From Nageia nagi (Eukaryota; Plantae; Pinophyta): DNA of 64,000 nt. Both the position numbers and the translations under genes were made by a program. Of the stretch, positions 1-13,816 are shown piece after piece; position 1 is the first letter of the stretch, and each line of letters opens with the position of its first letter. The notes under the pieces were generated by a model, which was not told the DNA's origin, did no database searches, and saw only the letters and a list, made by a program, of their open reading frames with translations. The stretch spans positions 158,658,001 through 158,722,000 of the forward strand of contig JBITNC010000001.1 in the NCBI GenBank assembly GCA_050084985.1, written 5' to 3'.

Positions 1-892
1 AAAAAAAATACTCATCATTAATCTTGAACAATAATTAATGAGGAGTACAAATAAAATGAGGAGGAAGGCATGCAAGAAAGGAAGAGAATTTAATTTAACT
101 TGATAAAGTTTTAAGTTAGACATTAATAAATGAGGGTTGGTAAGATATTATTATAATGATAGCAAGAGAAAAGAAAAAAAAGCCTTGAATGGTTAGCTAC
201 AACAAGGAAGAGAAAAAAAAGGAAACCAGTTGCATAGAAAGAGATAGAGAGAGCTTTTAGCCAGCTATTGAAGGTTGCACAAATAAAAGAGAAGGGAAAA
301 GGAGACAAGGGGGTTGAGAAGGGTGTGGGTAGAGCTAAGAGGTGATAAATGAGTCACAAGTAGAGGTGATAGACTACATGATCAAGAGAACACTAGCAAG
401 GGAGAAAAAAAGGAGGTGCAATATAGGAAGACATTTGGGTGATGTATCATTCATTATGGTAGGGTGTAGGCAATGTATCATCCACCATGGGAAAGGAATT
501 TTAGGCTACAAGAGCCTTATCAATAGCCCATGAGGGCCCCTAGGTAGGAGCATAGGTGGAGCATCAATCTACTCTATAGCTATGATTTCACCTAACCCTA
601 GGCTACAAGTTTCAAAGAAATAGGGGAAAGGGGTGGAGCTGCAATGTAGTTAATGGGAGGAAGTTCTATCCATTTCTAAACCTTGGGAGTGCATAGATTA
701 GGTTGAGATGGATAGGGAAGTGATTCAAGCTAGTCAAACCCTCTTTATTCTAAAAAAAGATTACACCCAAAAAGCTATCTCACAAAAAAAATTGAAAGAA
801 ACAACAATACATGCCTCCTTCCAATTATTTGAAAGTAATAAGGTTTGAAAGGAGGAACTAGGATATTTGAATTACAATATACCCATATTTTT

Positions 893-993
<101 letters not shown>

Positions 994-1384
994 AAAAGGA
1001 TTACAATAAATTTTTTATTTTGCATATAATTGCTAAAAAAATGAAACAAATTGCAATTTTTGCATTTTGCATACTAACCCCACTTTTTTAATAAATTAGC
1101 AATATAGTAAGTAATTAAAAAATTGCAACTAATAATAAAACATGTTAGTATAAAAATATGCATCAAAATATATTGCTGCTTTAAATAAATTTTTTCATAA
1201 ACAAGGGCTAACATAACATAAAATATGTTAGTAACCCAAGATAAAGAGAAGTAAGATTATACCAAGAATCAATTTTACCTCATAATAGGAGTGAAGGATA
1301 ACAAATAAGGATCTCCAAATTGAACATGGAGAGCTTCAACACCAAGGATGTGTAGAGGAGCCTTCAAGATGCTTTGATACCAAA

Positions 1385-1885
1385 TGAAGGATTTATAATA
1401 TAACATAAATAACTCTATACTACCAAGATCTCATGAAAGCTCACAATACACATCTAGATAACTCACATAAGCAATCTCACAACATAACACAAGATGTAAG
1501 TGGTTCCTCCAACTAGAAGTACATCCACTAACTAGATCTCACCTCTTTCATAAATATGAACTACTACAATTCTTCTATTCTCATCTCCTAAACACTATCC
1601 TCTAGCATAACTTTACTCCACAAATTGGTGGTTAATCACAAAGAGAGGGCATTCTATTTATAAGCCAAAATCCCCCTTTAGATCACCCTTTTACCTAATG
1701 TCCAAAGACATGACATCCAAACCTTTTTACCTAAGAGGCATGCTCATGACATGGAGTGTAGGACAAGTTACATTATCATATTCACTTTAAATACTTAAGG
1801 TATCAAATGATACCCTTAAGTATTAGTGAACTTACATAGAATATTGTTACAAAACCTTTACAATAATGCATTATAAATTCCAATA
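1385..1885 (-). repeat. Copia family A 5' LTR
   Basis: Starts TGAAGG 2 nt after the PBS and ends TTCCAATA (TTCCAACA in the other copies). Shares blocks such as GTGGTTCCTCCAACTAGAAGTACATC and GAGTGTAGGACAAGTTACATTATCATATTCACTT with the other LTRs. Confidence 0.9.
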
Positions 1886-1996
1886 ACTTTCCTATTAGCT
1901 CTTAGATATGAGCTTGTTCATAATGTTTTCCCTAGTTGACCATTGATCATTGTTGAGGGTTTGTGTTAGCCATTTGTTTTGTCTCTTTGGTACACC

Positions 1997-3330
1997 ATGG
2001 ATGATGGTGGATGGTGTAGGGTGGGAATGCCTCTTATTAGAAAAAGAGGTCATGTTGTAGAGTACATCCATAGTCTTCCCTTTGAGCACATCGTAAGCAT
2101 TTATTTCTTACCAATTTTGATTCATTTCCTTTATGTTAGATTAAATTTTCTTGGATTTTTGTTTGGTTTTTAAATTTAATATAATTTACTAATTCCTTGG
2201 GAGACTATGAATTTGTGATATTCAAGCACATCCAACAAGATTTTCCCCCACTTACTACTTTAGCTGATAAATGAGATCCAAACTATAACAAATTTCACCT
2301 TCCCCTAGGTGAAATGAGTATCATGCTGCTAGATGTTTATAGGATTTGGGATATATCCATCTGGGGTCAGGTTTTTCATCAAGATGAGGTGGCATACAAT
2401 GTAGTGAGAGATTAGCTAGCTCTATGGCTAATAAGAGAGAAAGACCATGATTGGGAGAACTAAGCTACCTGATTAGTATAGGTTTACTTATTTACACCTC
2501 TAGGGTGGCACTTGAGGCTCTACATCACCTCAATTATTATGACATAGTTGTATTTGAATAAGAGCATATCTTCATTTGATCTTGGCCTAGTTTTGGTGGT
2601 ATAGGAGATACGTACTTAAGGGACATGATTTGCATGGGCATGACTAATGCTAGCCAAATTGTAATAGGACTTATTCAATTTTGTGAGTGTTGATAAGTTC
2701 AAAGACACAATCATACACATAGGCCTACTATAGGTGTGGGGCTATGTGTAGTCATTTGATTAGTTGGGTTGCAAAGGGCTAGAGATGACCTAGGAGATAT
2801 AGTATTGACATGCTAGGTTTCCAATGCACATGGATACCATTATCCACACACCTTGGAGGTGAGAAGATGAGAGATAAATGGGATTTAGGCCAAGGATCTA
2901 GTTTGGCTCTCATTTGTAGATTACATGTGGGATGAGGATGCACCTCAGCTTGCCTAGGTATGGCAGGATTGCTTTCTCCATATACATAGGAAGTTGGTAG
3001 AGCCATTCCTACCACATAGGATTCTCAAGAAGTTCAAAATTCAATAAGGGATCCATCCATTTCCCATCTTCTTAAGGCACTACATGATAGATATGGATAT
3101 GCTAGTAGGATCACAAAGCATACTAGCATAGAGGCTAACTTGGGAGGAGCCTAGGATACATGATGTGGTGGTGGATATCTCTATGGTGCCTAGGACCACT
3201 AGAGGAGTCATGACATGGTGCCAAACTATACATCCAACCCTCCTAGGATTAGATGAGGAGGAGGAAGAGGTGGATGCATCAGAGGGATATTTGAAGGAGG
3301 AACCCTACTAGGTTGACAACCCCATGCACA
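1997..3330 (+). pseudogene. Plant Mobile Domain (aminotransferase-like PMD) gene relic, copy 1, internally deleted
   Basis: Exon 1 1997-2092 (MDDGGWCRVGMPL...) is followed by a GTAAGC donor at 2093. Motifs FHLPLGEMSIMLLDVYRIW and LL*VWGY are present. The segments matching about 9310-9410 and about 10555-11170 of copy 2 are missing. Confidence 0.8.
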
Positions 3331-3999
3331 ATAAACTCAATAGAAATGTGTTTGATTTTATATGTGAATGATTTATGTTTATAATTGTACATTTTATAAT
3401 TGATCATGTAGATTGCAATGTACAAATTTCAAGATTGGAAGTAATAAACCATTCACTAATAGAAATGTACATAACTTTAAGAAATAACTCAATTTATAAA
3501 ATGAATGTAAGCATATAACACTCATATTGCACACATCTAACATGATCCAATGCATATAATTTTAATCAATAACATAAGAAAAAATCAAAAACCACTTCAA
3601 GGTCCCCTAGGAACCAAATTTAAACAACAATAAAAAAGCTTGAGTGTTTTTACTTTAACAATTATAACATTAGAATTTAATCATTTTAAATAGACAAGCA
3701 TGTAATGAGGATAAATGAAATACTATTATTTTTAATTCTATTTTGATAAATGCACACTATTAATGGTGTGAAAACATGTGACACACCATTAGTGATGTGA
3801 TATTTGATCACTATGATATAAACTTTCAAGAATAGTTTCACTAGATTTACCTATGAGACCAATAAGAAAATAAACAAATGCATGTAATACATAATAATAC
3901 ATATTTTCTAAACCAAAAAATAACCTAGCTAATATACACTATTGTTTTTTTTTTTTTTTTACATTTTAGGCAATTATGTTGCATACCTAGGATGATTTG

Positions 4000-6460
4000 A
4001 AAACCTAGATAGATTTTGCAAATGCGAGGATGAAGAGAGGTGCCTTCCTTGTGAAATATTTCTCATCATTGGTGGTAGATTAATAGGCATACATTTAATT
4101 AGAAATGTTCATTAGCTACAATTATTTATCACATTTTGATTTTCCCATACTAGAATCCCTTCTTGGTGGCTTCAAACATCCCTTACATCTACTCTTGTTA
4201 GAAAAATACTAACTCATGCAATGTGAAGTACTTATCTTACTCCTTTTGGTTATGAATTTGGTAAAAAATATGAAATATCTTAAATTATTCATTACTGGGG
4301 GTGTATAGGGCCTTTGTTTATAGTATTATTATCATCCATCTGAATTGCTTTCTTGTTAATGAAATTTTGAATGATATTTCTTAAAACCATGTAATTTTTT
4401 ATCAGGTGTCTTGTTGTCTTGTGATAGTTACAAAATTCCTCATATCTATATTTTTTAGTCACTCCATTAGTAAAATGAGGTTGAATAATTGGGGGAAGCT
4501 CAATAAGTTCTTCTTTTAACAACAAATTGAAAATATTATCAATAGTGTCAGTTAACTTTGTAAAATTCCTTTATGGTCTAGTATTTCTTTTTTTAACATT
4601 ATTCACTTTAGGGTTTTTATCATTTTTTGAATATTTTATTTTCTTTTCATATGTTTGAGGTTTCTTAGAATGTATATCATAAATTTTCTTTATACAAACC
4701 TCTTTTTTAAACAAGATATCGATTATTTTAGCCAATATCAAATCATTGTTAGAGATAACCAATAACTTATATACAAGAAATAAAGCATTTGCAAATGTAG
4801 CTATCAAATCTTGCTTAGGCATAGTGATATTATTTTCATTTTGTTTCCATATTTTCACAAAATCAAACAAATATTGGTTAGGTAATTGCTTAATTTTATA
4901 CAAATCCTTGAATTGAACTTTTTTTGTAATATTGTATATAAAATACTTCAAAAATTGATGTATGAAATCTTCATATTTATAAATGCTCTTTTTAGGAAGA
5001 AGAAAATACCATTTCAATATATTATCTTTCAAACTATGTGAAAATAATTTTGCAAGCATATATTTATCATGAATATATTCCATAGCTTCTTCATGAAACT
5101 TTCTAACATGCATATTTAGATCTTGCAAACCATAAAACTTTGTAAATTTCACACTCTTTTTAATAGTAATAACTTTAGAAATAATTCTATCAATCAAAGA
5201 ACATGTAAAACAAAATAAGAAATCATCTTCATCATCATTAAGCAATTCTTTTTCTAATTTCTAAATTCATTCTTTTGTTATTTTAGTAGTTTTTCATATT
5301 ATAGGTGTTTGAGTTTGGACAATAGGCATGTTAACTATCAGGGGTGGTGGAGGGGTTTGAGGTGCAACATTGTTAATTTGAGATGAATATTTATTTGCAT
5401 TTATAAGATCTATTTCTTTAAGTGACACATATGGCCTTATTTTATTTCTCCTTTCTGATCAAGTTTATCAAGCAATTTTATCATAAACTCTAATTACTAT
5501 TAGAATTAGCTTTGTAAAAGGATGTAGGCTCTTGATCATCTTGAAGTATTTCAAGTTTAATACTGTATTCTTCTTATGACCAATTAGGGTGACATTTATA
5601 AACATTATTAAAAGTATCAACAAGTTATTGTATAACCTTCAAACTAGTGTCTTCATTTTGCAAAATATCCTTACCTTTATCAGGAAGCATATCTATTTTG
5701 TAATGTTTAAGGTTGAGGATTAGGTGTTTGTAATCATCCTCACTTTAAATGTGACATAACCCTTGACATCCACTTCACTCGAAGGCTTCGTAACATCTTC
5801 TTCCATGTCTCTAGTGGTGTGTGTGTAGGTTGTCACACTATTAATGATGTCCTAATGAACAATAGAAACCTGTCATCTTGAAGAACCTACATTTTCATAA
5901 GAAAACAAACTATTTGAGGACTACAAAGTTGTAGTATTTACTTCTAATAATTAATAATTGGTTAAGAAATCAATAACAATTTCAACATTATGAATAATAA
6001 AATATTCCAATTTTTCTTTATCAAATAACAATTCCTTGATAGAGTGAACATGGTTAGGAATTCTATCTAACTCCTCAATTTTAGCATTACTATAAAAAGT
6101 ACCAACATTACTATTCAAGATTACATTTTGAATTCAAAATGACCAATATTCATATCAAATTTATTGGGAATTTCTCCAATAATATCCATTTTCTTTCTAG
6201 AGCTTGTAGATTTAGTATGACTATATGCATCAGGCTCTATATGTTCATCAGGATGAGGTTCTTATAGAGGTAAATCAAGGTTAACCCTAACACTTATTTG
6301 AATATCATTAAAATGAACCTTATAGAGAAATGTTAGGTTGTTCTATATTTAAATCTATTTTTGAAACATAGGTAAAACACACCTTAGTTTTATCATTTTC
6401 TCTAGCTACTATTCGAAGAGCTTTAGGTAAGGGAATGAATAATAGTGAAAATGGATTCAT
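4000..6460 (-). pseudogene. Ty3/gypsy gag (retrotrans_gag core plus CxYHxxxGHxxxxC-type knuckle), decayed, with a long N-terminal extension
   Basis: ORF 4571..5245 contains KFYGLQDLNMHVRKF...LAKLFSHSLKDNILKWYFLLPKKSI. ORF 4292..4525 contains EEFCNYHKTTRHLIKNYMVLRNIIQNFI. Confidence 0.85.
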
Positions 6461-6524
6461 GAGTTTTTAGAAATAATGCCCTAGATCAAGCTCTAGATGT
6501 GTAAGAATGTTAGCTTCACCAAAA

Positions 6525-7243
6525 TGTAGACCTTAAATTGTGCAAATATGAATAAATATAATTAAATAAATAGTCTATAATATACAACATACATTATATA
6601 TGCTTTCAATATATGTACATGAAAGAAATGAACTTGATATAGAGTGTATGTACAATCCTTAAGACTATATAGCAGTGAATATTTGAAGGATTGGGATTGA
6701 ATTTGGTGTGAGCTTAGGACATATATTTGTAAGTATGGAGTAATGAGATGACCATCAAAATCTAGAACTCCCAATCTAAAAGGTGCACATCGTTGATGGT
6801 GTAGGAGTAGAATGTTGATGACTATGTGGGATAGAATGAATCATGTTGTACATAAAATATGGAAAGTTTAGAAATCAAAATATAACAAACATTCATGATA
6901 GGTGGTGTCTAAATACATCATTATAGTTGACAACCACCTATAAAAGTTCTTTATCATATCAAAAGAGTTCCAATCCTTGTCAAAATCAACCTATTTTACT
7001 CATATTTATAGCCTACAAAGGGAATAGAAAGAAATGAGGCTGAATTATAATAATAATAATCATTTTTGTATTCAAGATAAATTAAAATGCGAGCCATGAT
7101 AAATGATATTGCATTGATCCTAGCACATGGTATTGTATTGTAGCATCAATTTTATCTTAATATATGTATTATTGCTATTAATCATTTAAGAAGTCTAAAT
7201 ATGATTTATTAAATAAATAATAAATTATTTTTAGGCATCTACA
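6525..7243 (-). repeat. Gypsy LTR shared between the two tandem copies
   Basis: Termini TGTAGA...TCTACA. PBS-like TGGTGAAGCTA on the minus strand at 6511-6521. PPT (minus AAAGAGGGGGAAAA) at 7244-7257. Confidence 0.85.
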
Positions 7244-9098
7244 TTTTCCCCCTCTTTGGATATGAAATGAAAATCAATGAAATTGCATAATTCAAAGAAG
7301 TTTAGAGAAGAAAATTTTCAATAGTAAATTGAACTTCCTTATTTATATCAATATGTTGAGTATGATATGTTGTTGTCCCCTTTTTGGTCTTAGTTTCCCC
7401 TTGCTCATGCTACATTGGGTAAACAAGCCAAAACCAAAGTCATTATATGAGGAGAGCAATTTATGCCAATCCTACTCACCTAGATAATACCTAAAGAACA
7501 AATCAACATAATACCCACATAGATCACATCCCATTAAAAAATAATCAAGTGAAAGGGCAAGGATGAAATTAATATGATATCCATAATGTCACTAGGGTCG
7601 ATGCGACTCATAGTTCTACAAACCATGATGTATAGACTATTGTAATTGCAACTCATAGTCTATAAAGAGCAAACATATGAAGTCCTTTTTGATACCCCAA
7701 GCTTGTAATATCCATGATTATCAAACCAATGAGAACTTTAATGACTCAAGCTTAGAATAACCTATGAAAAATGAGAGATTTTCTCATGGAATGACCATGG
7801 CCTTGAAAATAATTGTTAGTAGAATAATGAACAATAGCATTCAATTTCCATAAATGTACCAAACATTCAAATTTTCATTGGCCTTTTAATTTCATAATTC
7901 AAAATTCTACAAATTTTAAAAGTAAACCCATGTCGCTATCAGTGTGGTATGCCTAAAATTTCATACTCATTTATTCTACAATTTTTCTCATTAACATTAT
8001 AACATTGCATATTCATGAAATAATGGCATTTTCAAGTGAATATTCAATGAAATTGTAGCATGTCCCTATTGCAAAAAATTTATAGTGAATACACACCATT
8101 GGTTATGTGGACATAGTCAATTCAAATGCAAAAAGTCAAATAATATTCAATTGACATGCAAATGTAATATTTTGTAGTATATCATAAATGAGATGACATT
8201 GTCAAATAGTACAAAATTTTCAATATAAGCAACACACTAGTAATATTTGATCACATATTCAATTTGTTTATGCAATAATCATAAAACTAAAATTTCCATC
8301 TTTTTTAGCCATTAACAATATGGAAGCATGATCTATATTTTAAAGAACATATAATTTTGCCTTATGTATGCCACTGATGGCATGTTGATGAATGAATTGA
8401 TCTTCAAGAAAAAGAGCACATCCAATTAGCATTGAAATAAGAATATTTAAGTGTTTAACATTCAAGAACTGTAAGCATATGCAAAGATAAAAAATTTACA
8501 TAGATTTTGAAGCGAAAAGCGATATTTGGATTATCCTAATTAAATTGAATTTTCATAATTAAAATTTAGCCTTTGCACTCATATAACACTCATGATATGC
8601 ATTTATTATGATCCATGAGAAAAAGAATTGAAATGTAGGATTTAATTTTTTTACCAATTTCACATAAAACATGCTACTAGTGTCATCCATTTATTAGTAA
8701 TAAAAATTAAAAATAGAATGCAATCAATTTCCACTTTGATGTGCAATACAAACTATGTAAATGAACATTCTTACCATTTGTGATCACCAAGCATTGAATA
8801 GGTCACAAATTTAATGAATTGCATGCTATTGGTGGTGCAGGATCAATAAAATTGGTTTTTCAAAAGGAAATGACATCCCTATGAAATATTTTAAAGCACT
8901 TTGCACACATGAAATAAATATTAAGAGCTAATAGAAAACATATATGAACATGCCTATGTGGAGCTAGGGTTAGAGGGAAAAAGTAAATAAAATATTGAAC
9001 AGTTGATGTTTTCCTCATTTTGGTGTCACTTTCTCATTTGATTGTTGATCACTATCAAGGGTTCATGTTAGCCATTTCTTTTATCTCTTTGGTCCACC

Positions 9099-11100
9099 AT
9101 GGATGATGACAGATGGAATGAGGTTGGAATGCCTCTTACTAGATAAAGAAGGTATATCACAAAGTACATCTATATTCTTACATTAGAGCACACCATAAGT
9201 GTTTAGTTCCTTCCAAGTTTGATTCTTTTTTGCACCATATATTTCCTATATGCCTTAGCTTTTAGTTTAGTTTTTAAATTTCTTTTTATTTAATAATTAC
9301 TTATAGGATAGTAAGGTTTTGATTAGGGAAGGACCCATGTCCATGATTGCATTAGAGAAGGTGAGAATGTGGTAAAGAACCAACCATGAGAATGACATCC
9401 TCACCTAGTTTGGACTAGAAAATTTGGTGATAGCTGGGCACATCCAATAGGATTTTCCCATACTTACTACTTTGGTTGAGAGATGGGATACAAATTGTAA
9501 CACATTTTGCTTACCCCTAGGTGAAATGAGTATCACATTGCTAGATGTTTATAGGATTTGGTACATATCCATCTAGGGTTAGCTTTTCCATCAAGATGAG
9601 GTAGCAAATAATGTAGCAAGAAATCAGCTAGCTCTATTGTTGATAGGAGAGGAAGACCATGATTAGGACCACTAGGCTATCTTATTAGTAGAGGTTTAAT
9701 AGTTTACACCATCAGGGTGGTACTTGATGCTCTACATCACTTAGATTGTTGTGACATACTTATTACTAGATTAGAGCATCTCTTCATTTGATATTGGCCT
9801 AGTATTGGTGGTATAGGAGATATGTGCTTGAGGGACATGGTTTGAATGGGTTCCACTAGTGCTAGACCAATTGTATTGGTATCTATTTAATTTCATGAGT
9901 GTTGACAAGTTCAACATCACCATCATAAATGTAGTCCTACTATAGTCTAGGCCTATGAGAAGATATCGATCATTCAAATGATTGGGTTGTAATGGAATAG
10001 AGATTACCCAAGAGATATAGCACTAACATGTTGGGTTTATAGAGCACATGGATACCATTATCAACACACCTTGGAGGTAATAATGTGAGAGGTAGATAGA
10101 ATCTAGGTTGAGAACTTGGTTTGGATCTCATATGTAGATTACTTTTGGAATAAGGATGCCCACCAGCTTTCTTGGGTAAGGTAGAATTGCTTTCTCTAGA
10201 CATGGAGGAAGTTGGTAGATCCATACCTACCACACAAGGTTCTTAGGTAGTTCAAGATATAGCAAGAGATACCTCTAGTTTCCCTCTTATTTAGGTGCTA
10301 CATGACATATAGGAATGTGCCAGTAAGATCACAAATCATACCAATATGAAGGCTTACCTAGGAGGAGCCTAAGATATACATTGCAATGGCATATGTATCT
10401 ATGAAACTTGGGACCACCAAAGGATTCATGAAATGTTGGTAGACTATACATCCATGAATTTCTAGGATTATATGAGGAGGAGGAGGAGGATGTAATTGCA
10501 TCAAAGGGATCTTCAAAGGAGGATACCTACTAGGTTGAGAACCCCATGCACAATATTCCTATGCAATTAGGACCAACAATCCTAGGATTTGTAGCATTAG
10601 AGGAGGTCATGCTACTAACATTAACAATCAAATATCCACTTATGCAAGTTTTATATATGACTAAGAAACTAACATTGAAAATATTGCTTGCAAGAGAGAG
10701 AGACATACAAATGACATCCTTAAAGGTTGAGATCGAGAGGCTCAATCCTTTCAAGGGAGAGGTAACCACTCTACTAACCATTTTGGTAGCTAGGGATGCT
10801 CAGATAGCTACTCTAGATAAATCATTGAAGAGGTTGTAAGAGCAGGTGGACATACCCCCACCTAATGAGCAGTGGGCATTTAGCTAGAGTTTGATGGACT
10901 AGATAGAGAAAAAATACGATGACATAGCCAAACTTAAGTGGAAATATGAAAGGGCCTAGGCACTCTTGGCCACCTAGGGTATTAGCACTAGTGATGTGTT
11001 GGGTGAGGTTTCATTATCAAGAGCTAGTAGCAGGTGGACTAGGCATAGGACTAGTGACATTGGGAGTAGTGAATGGCATTGATTTTGTACCATGGACATA
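9099..11100 (+). pseudogene. PMD gene relic, copy 2 (near complete): exon 9099-9194, intron 9195-9306, exon 9307-~11100 with acidic and coiled-coil tail
   Basis: After the phase-0 splice the frame reads ILTTLVERWDTNCNTFCLPLGEMSITLLDVYRIW (PMD core motif ERWxxxxxTFHLPxGEMTITLxDV), then FEWVPLVLDQLY. Interruptions are almost all TAG/TAA stops. ORF 10546..10839 is the coiled-coil part. Confidence 0.85.
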
Positions 11101-11779
11101 GATCCATCCAATTTTGTATTTTTTGATATTATATGATATATATATGGATCATGTTTTGGTGTTAATTTCTGTAATATGTTTGATTTTATATGTGAATGAT
11201 TTATGTTTATAATTATACATTTTATAATTGATCATGTAAATTGCAAAGTACAAATTTCAAGATTGGAATTTATAAACCATTCACTAATAGCAATGTACAT
11301 AAATGTAAGCAATAACTCAATTTATAAAATGAATGTAAGAACATAACAATCCTATTGCACACATATAACATGATACAATGCATGAAATTTTAATCAATAA
11401 CACAAGAAACAATCAAAAACTAAATCAATGTTCCCTAGGTGCCAAATTCAAACAATAATAAATAGGCTTATGTTTTTTTACTTTAATGATTACAAAATTA
11501 TAATTTAATCATTTTAAAAATACAATCATGCAATGAGGTTAAATGAATACTATTATTTTTAATTTTGTTATGAGAAATGCACATCATTAATGATGTGAAA
11601 ATAGGTGACACACCATCAACAACATGATATTTGGTCACTATGATAGCAAATTTCAAGAACAATTTAACTAGACTTTCCCATGAGACCAATAAGACAATAA
11701 ACAAAGGCATGCAATACACAAAAATACATATTTTATGAACCAAAAAATAACCTAGCTAATATACATAACTATTTTAATT

Positions 11780-12280
11780 TTTTTACATTTTAGGCAATTA
11801 CTTTGCATACCTATGATGATTTGGCAATGTAGACATATTTTGTAGATGTAGGGATGAAGAGAGGTGTCTTCCTTGTGACATATTTCTTACCATTGGTGGC
11901 ATATGAATAGGTATGCATGCCATTAGCAATGTTCATTTTCTTTGCTTATTCATTACATTTCGATTTTCTTGTACTAGAATCCGTACTTGGTGGCTTTGAA
12001 CATCCTCTATATCTACTCTATTTAGAAAAATAATAACTCATGAAATGTGAAGTACTTATCATGCCAATGAAGCTTTTTGGTTATGAAGTTTGTAAAGGAT
12101 TTGTAAATATCTCCAATTTTCCATTATTAGGGTGTATAAGGCCTTTGTTTGTAGAAGTATTATCATCCATGCAAATTTCTTTCTTATCAATGAAATTCTA
12201 AATGATAATTCTTAAAACCCTCTAATTTCTTGGTAGGTGTCATGGTATCCCATGATAGTTACAAAAATCTTCATACCTAT
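11780..12280 (-). pseudogene. gag C-terminus of tandem copy 2, truncated at 12280
   Basis: FCNYHGIP*HLPRN*RVLRIII; colinear with 3960-4450. Confidence 0.8.
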
Positions 12281-12282
12281 GC

Positions 12283-13760
12283 ATCTACAGAGTAAATGAG
12301 AAGATTAGAGACTACTATGCTCGATCATAAGAATTATTGACTAAGATCAAGGCTCAAATTTGAAAGGATAATCTTGGTGATGGAGTCATGGATGGTGTTG
12401 ATAGGTTATTTCTAAAGCACATCATCTTGGGAATGAGGCAAGATATTCAATAAAGGGTGAAGTATGAAATTCTTACCACTATGGAACAAGATAAGAAGAT
12501 AGATAAGAGAAAAGAGGAAATTATAGAGAAAGAACTAGAAGAAATCATAGTTCCTTCTATATTAAGTGTTCAACAAAACCTTTGACACTAGGGACATCAC
12601 TCGATTCTATCTCTTCAACAAAATATGATTATTTGATTCATAAAATAGGACAAGTGGCTATTAATATTCTATAAGGAAAGGAAGCTATGATGCTATAATA
12701 ACCTTAAGGGTAAGATCATGGTCCTGGAAAGAATATTGTAGATATCACATGCTATAGATATGGGAACAAATGGAACTACAAGGCTAATTGTACAAGTAAG
12801 CCATCAACTTCAGCAATGAAGGATTAAAAGAGAAAGACCCCTTTATATGGGGTGGAGCTTATGAAAGAAGGAGAAGATGATGAAGAAGAATTTGATGGTA
12901 TTACCATGTGAAAGAACATGTAAATGAAGGAGAATGAGAAGATAAAATATGATAAAGGAAAAATAAGGAGAAGAAGATGAGGTGTCCAAGATTTTTCAAT
13001 CTCCCAAGGCCAAGTACCTTATTCAATATTGGAGGACTATCATCATGTCCTACCAATATTACATATGGAAAATTATTAGCATTATTTTTTGAGAAGAGGT
13101 GAGAATTGTGAAGTGGACTTAGTGCATAAAATAAGAAGTAATAAAATGTTCTTACCATAGAAGAGGAAGTGGATCCATATGCTTCCCAAGCTAAGGTACT
13201 TTGAAATTTTGATAATATATGTTATGAATATGTTGTAGTTAAAAATTAATCATGAGTCTACACTACAGTTAAGGTCATTAAATAAGGGTTAAATAAGACC
13301 TAAAGGAGTTGTTTCAAATATTGTTATTTATATTGTTGGAGTTACTTGTTTGATAGATTTGCAAGTGATGAAGGATGGTTCAATAGCTTATCCCATGCTT
13401 TTGAGAAAGCCATGGTTAAGAAGACTTTATGTTCATAACTACTAGAATGAGGGATACATGGTAATAGGATGAGATAAAGCAATAATTCCAATTGCTACCT
13501 TAATCCATATTGTAAAGACATCAAAGTATAAGAGTGAAGACTAGATATCTTCAATCTATATATGTATCAATCATATGGATACTGAAGATAATGATAATTT
13601 TGATATCTAGGTGATGGATATATTGCCAATATCACCAATTGAATATTGTAAAACATTTACCAAAAAATAAATGGAGCATTATCTATAAAATTTATGATTT
13701 GGGGATGTTATTGAAGAAAATGATAGGGAAACATATTTCTAACTTTTTCAAAGGTATATG
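12283..13760 (+). mobile_element. Ty3/gypsy gag-protease fragment, unrelated family
   Basis: EKIRDYYAR gag motif; degenerate zinc knuckle ITCYRYGNKWNYKANCT at about 12745-12800; protease tail IDLQVMKDGSIAYPMLLRKPWL at about 13350-13420. Confidence 0.7.
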
Positions 13761-13816
13761 TACATGTCTTCAACTTTGATGATAAGTAACTTTACAATAA
13801 GTAACATGGGTAGAAT

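Larger units (their letters stand above)
1886..12280 (-). mobile_element. Tandem pair of pol-less Ty3/gypsy (Ogre/Tat-like) elements sharing one LTR (6525-7243), each with gag plus an antisense PMD gene
   Basis: About 1925-4450 is repeated at about 9030-12280. The central LTR has a PBS-like site on one side and a PPT on the other. gag is on the minus strand and PMD on the plus strand. No protease/RT/integrase motifs were seen. Confidence 0.8.
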
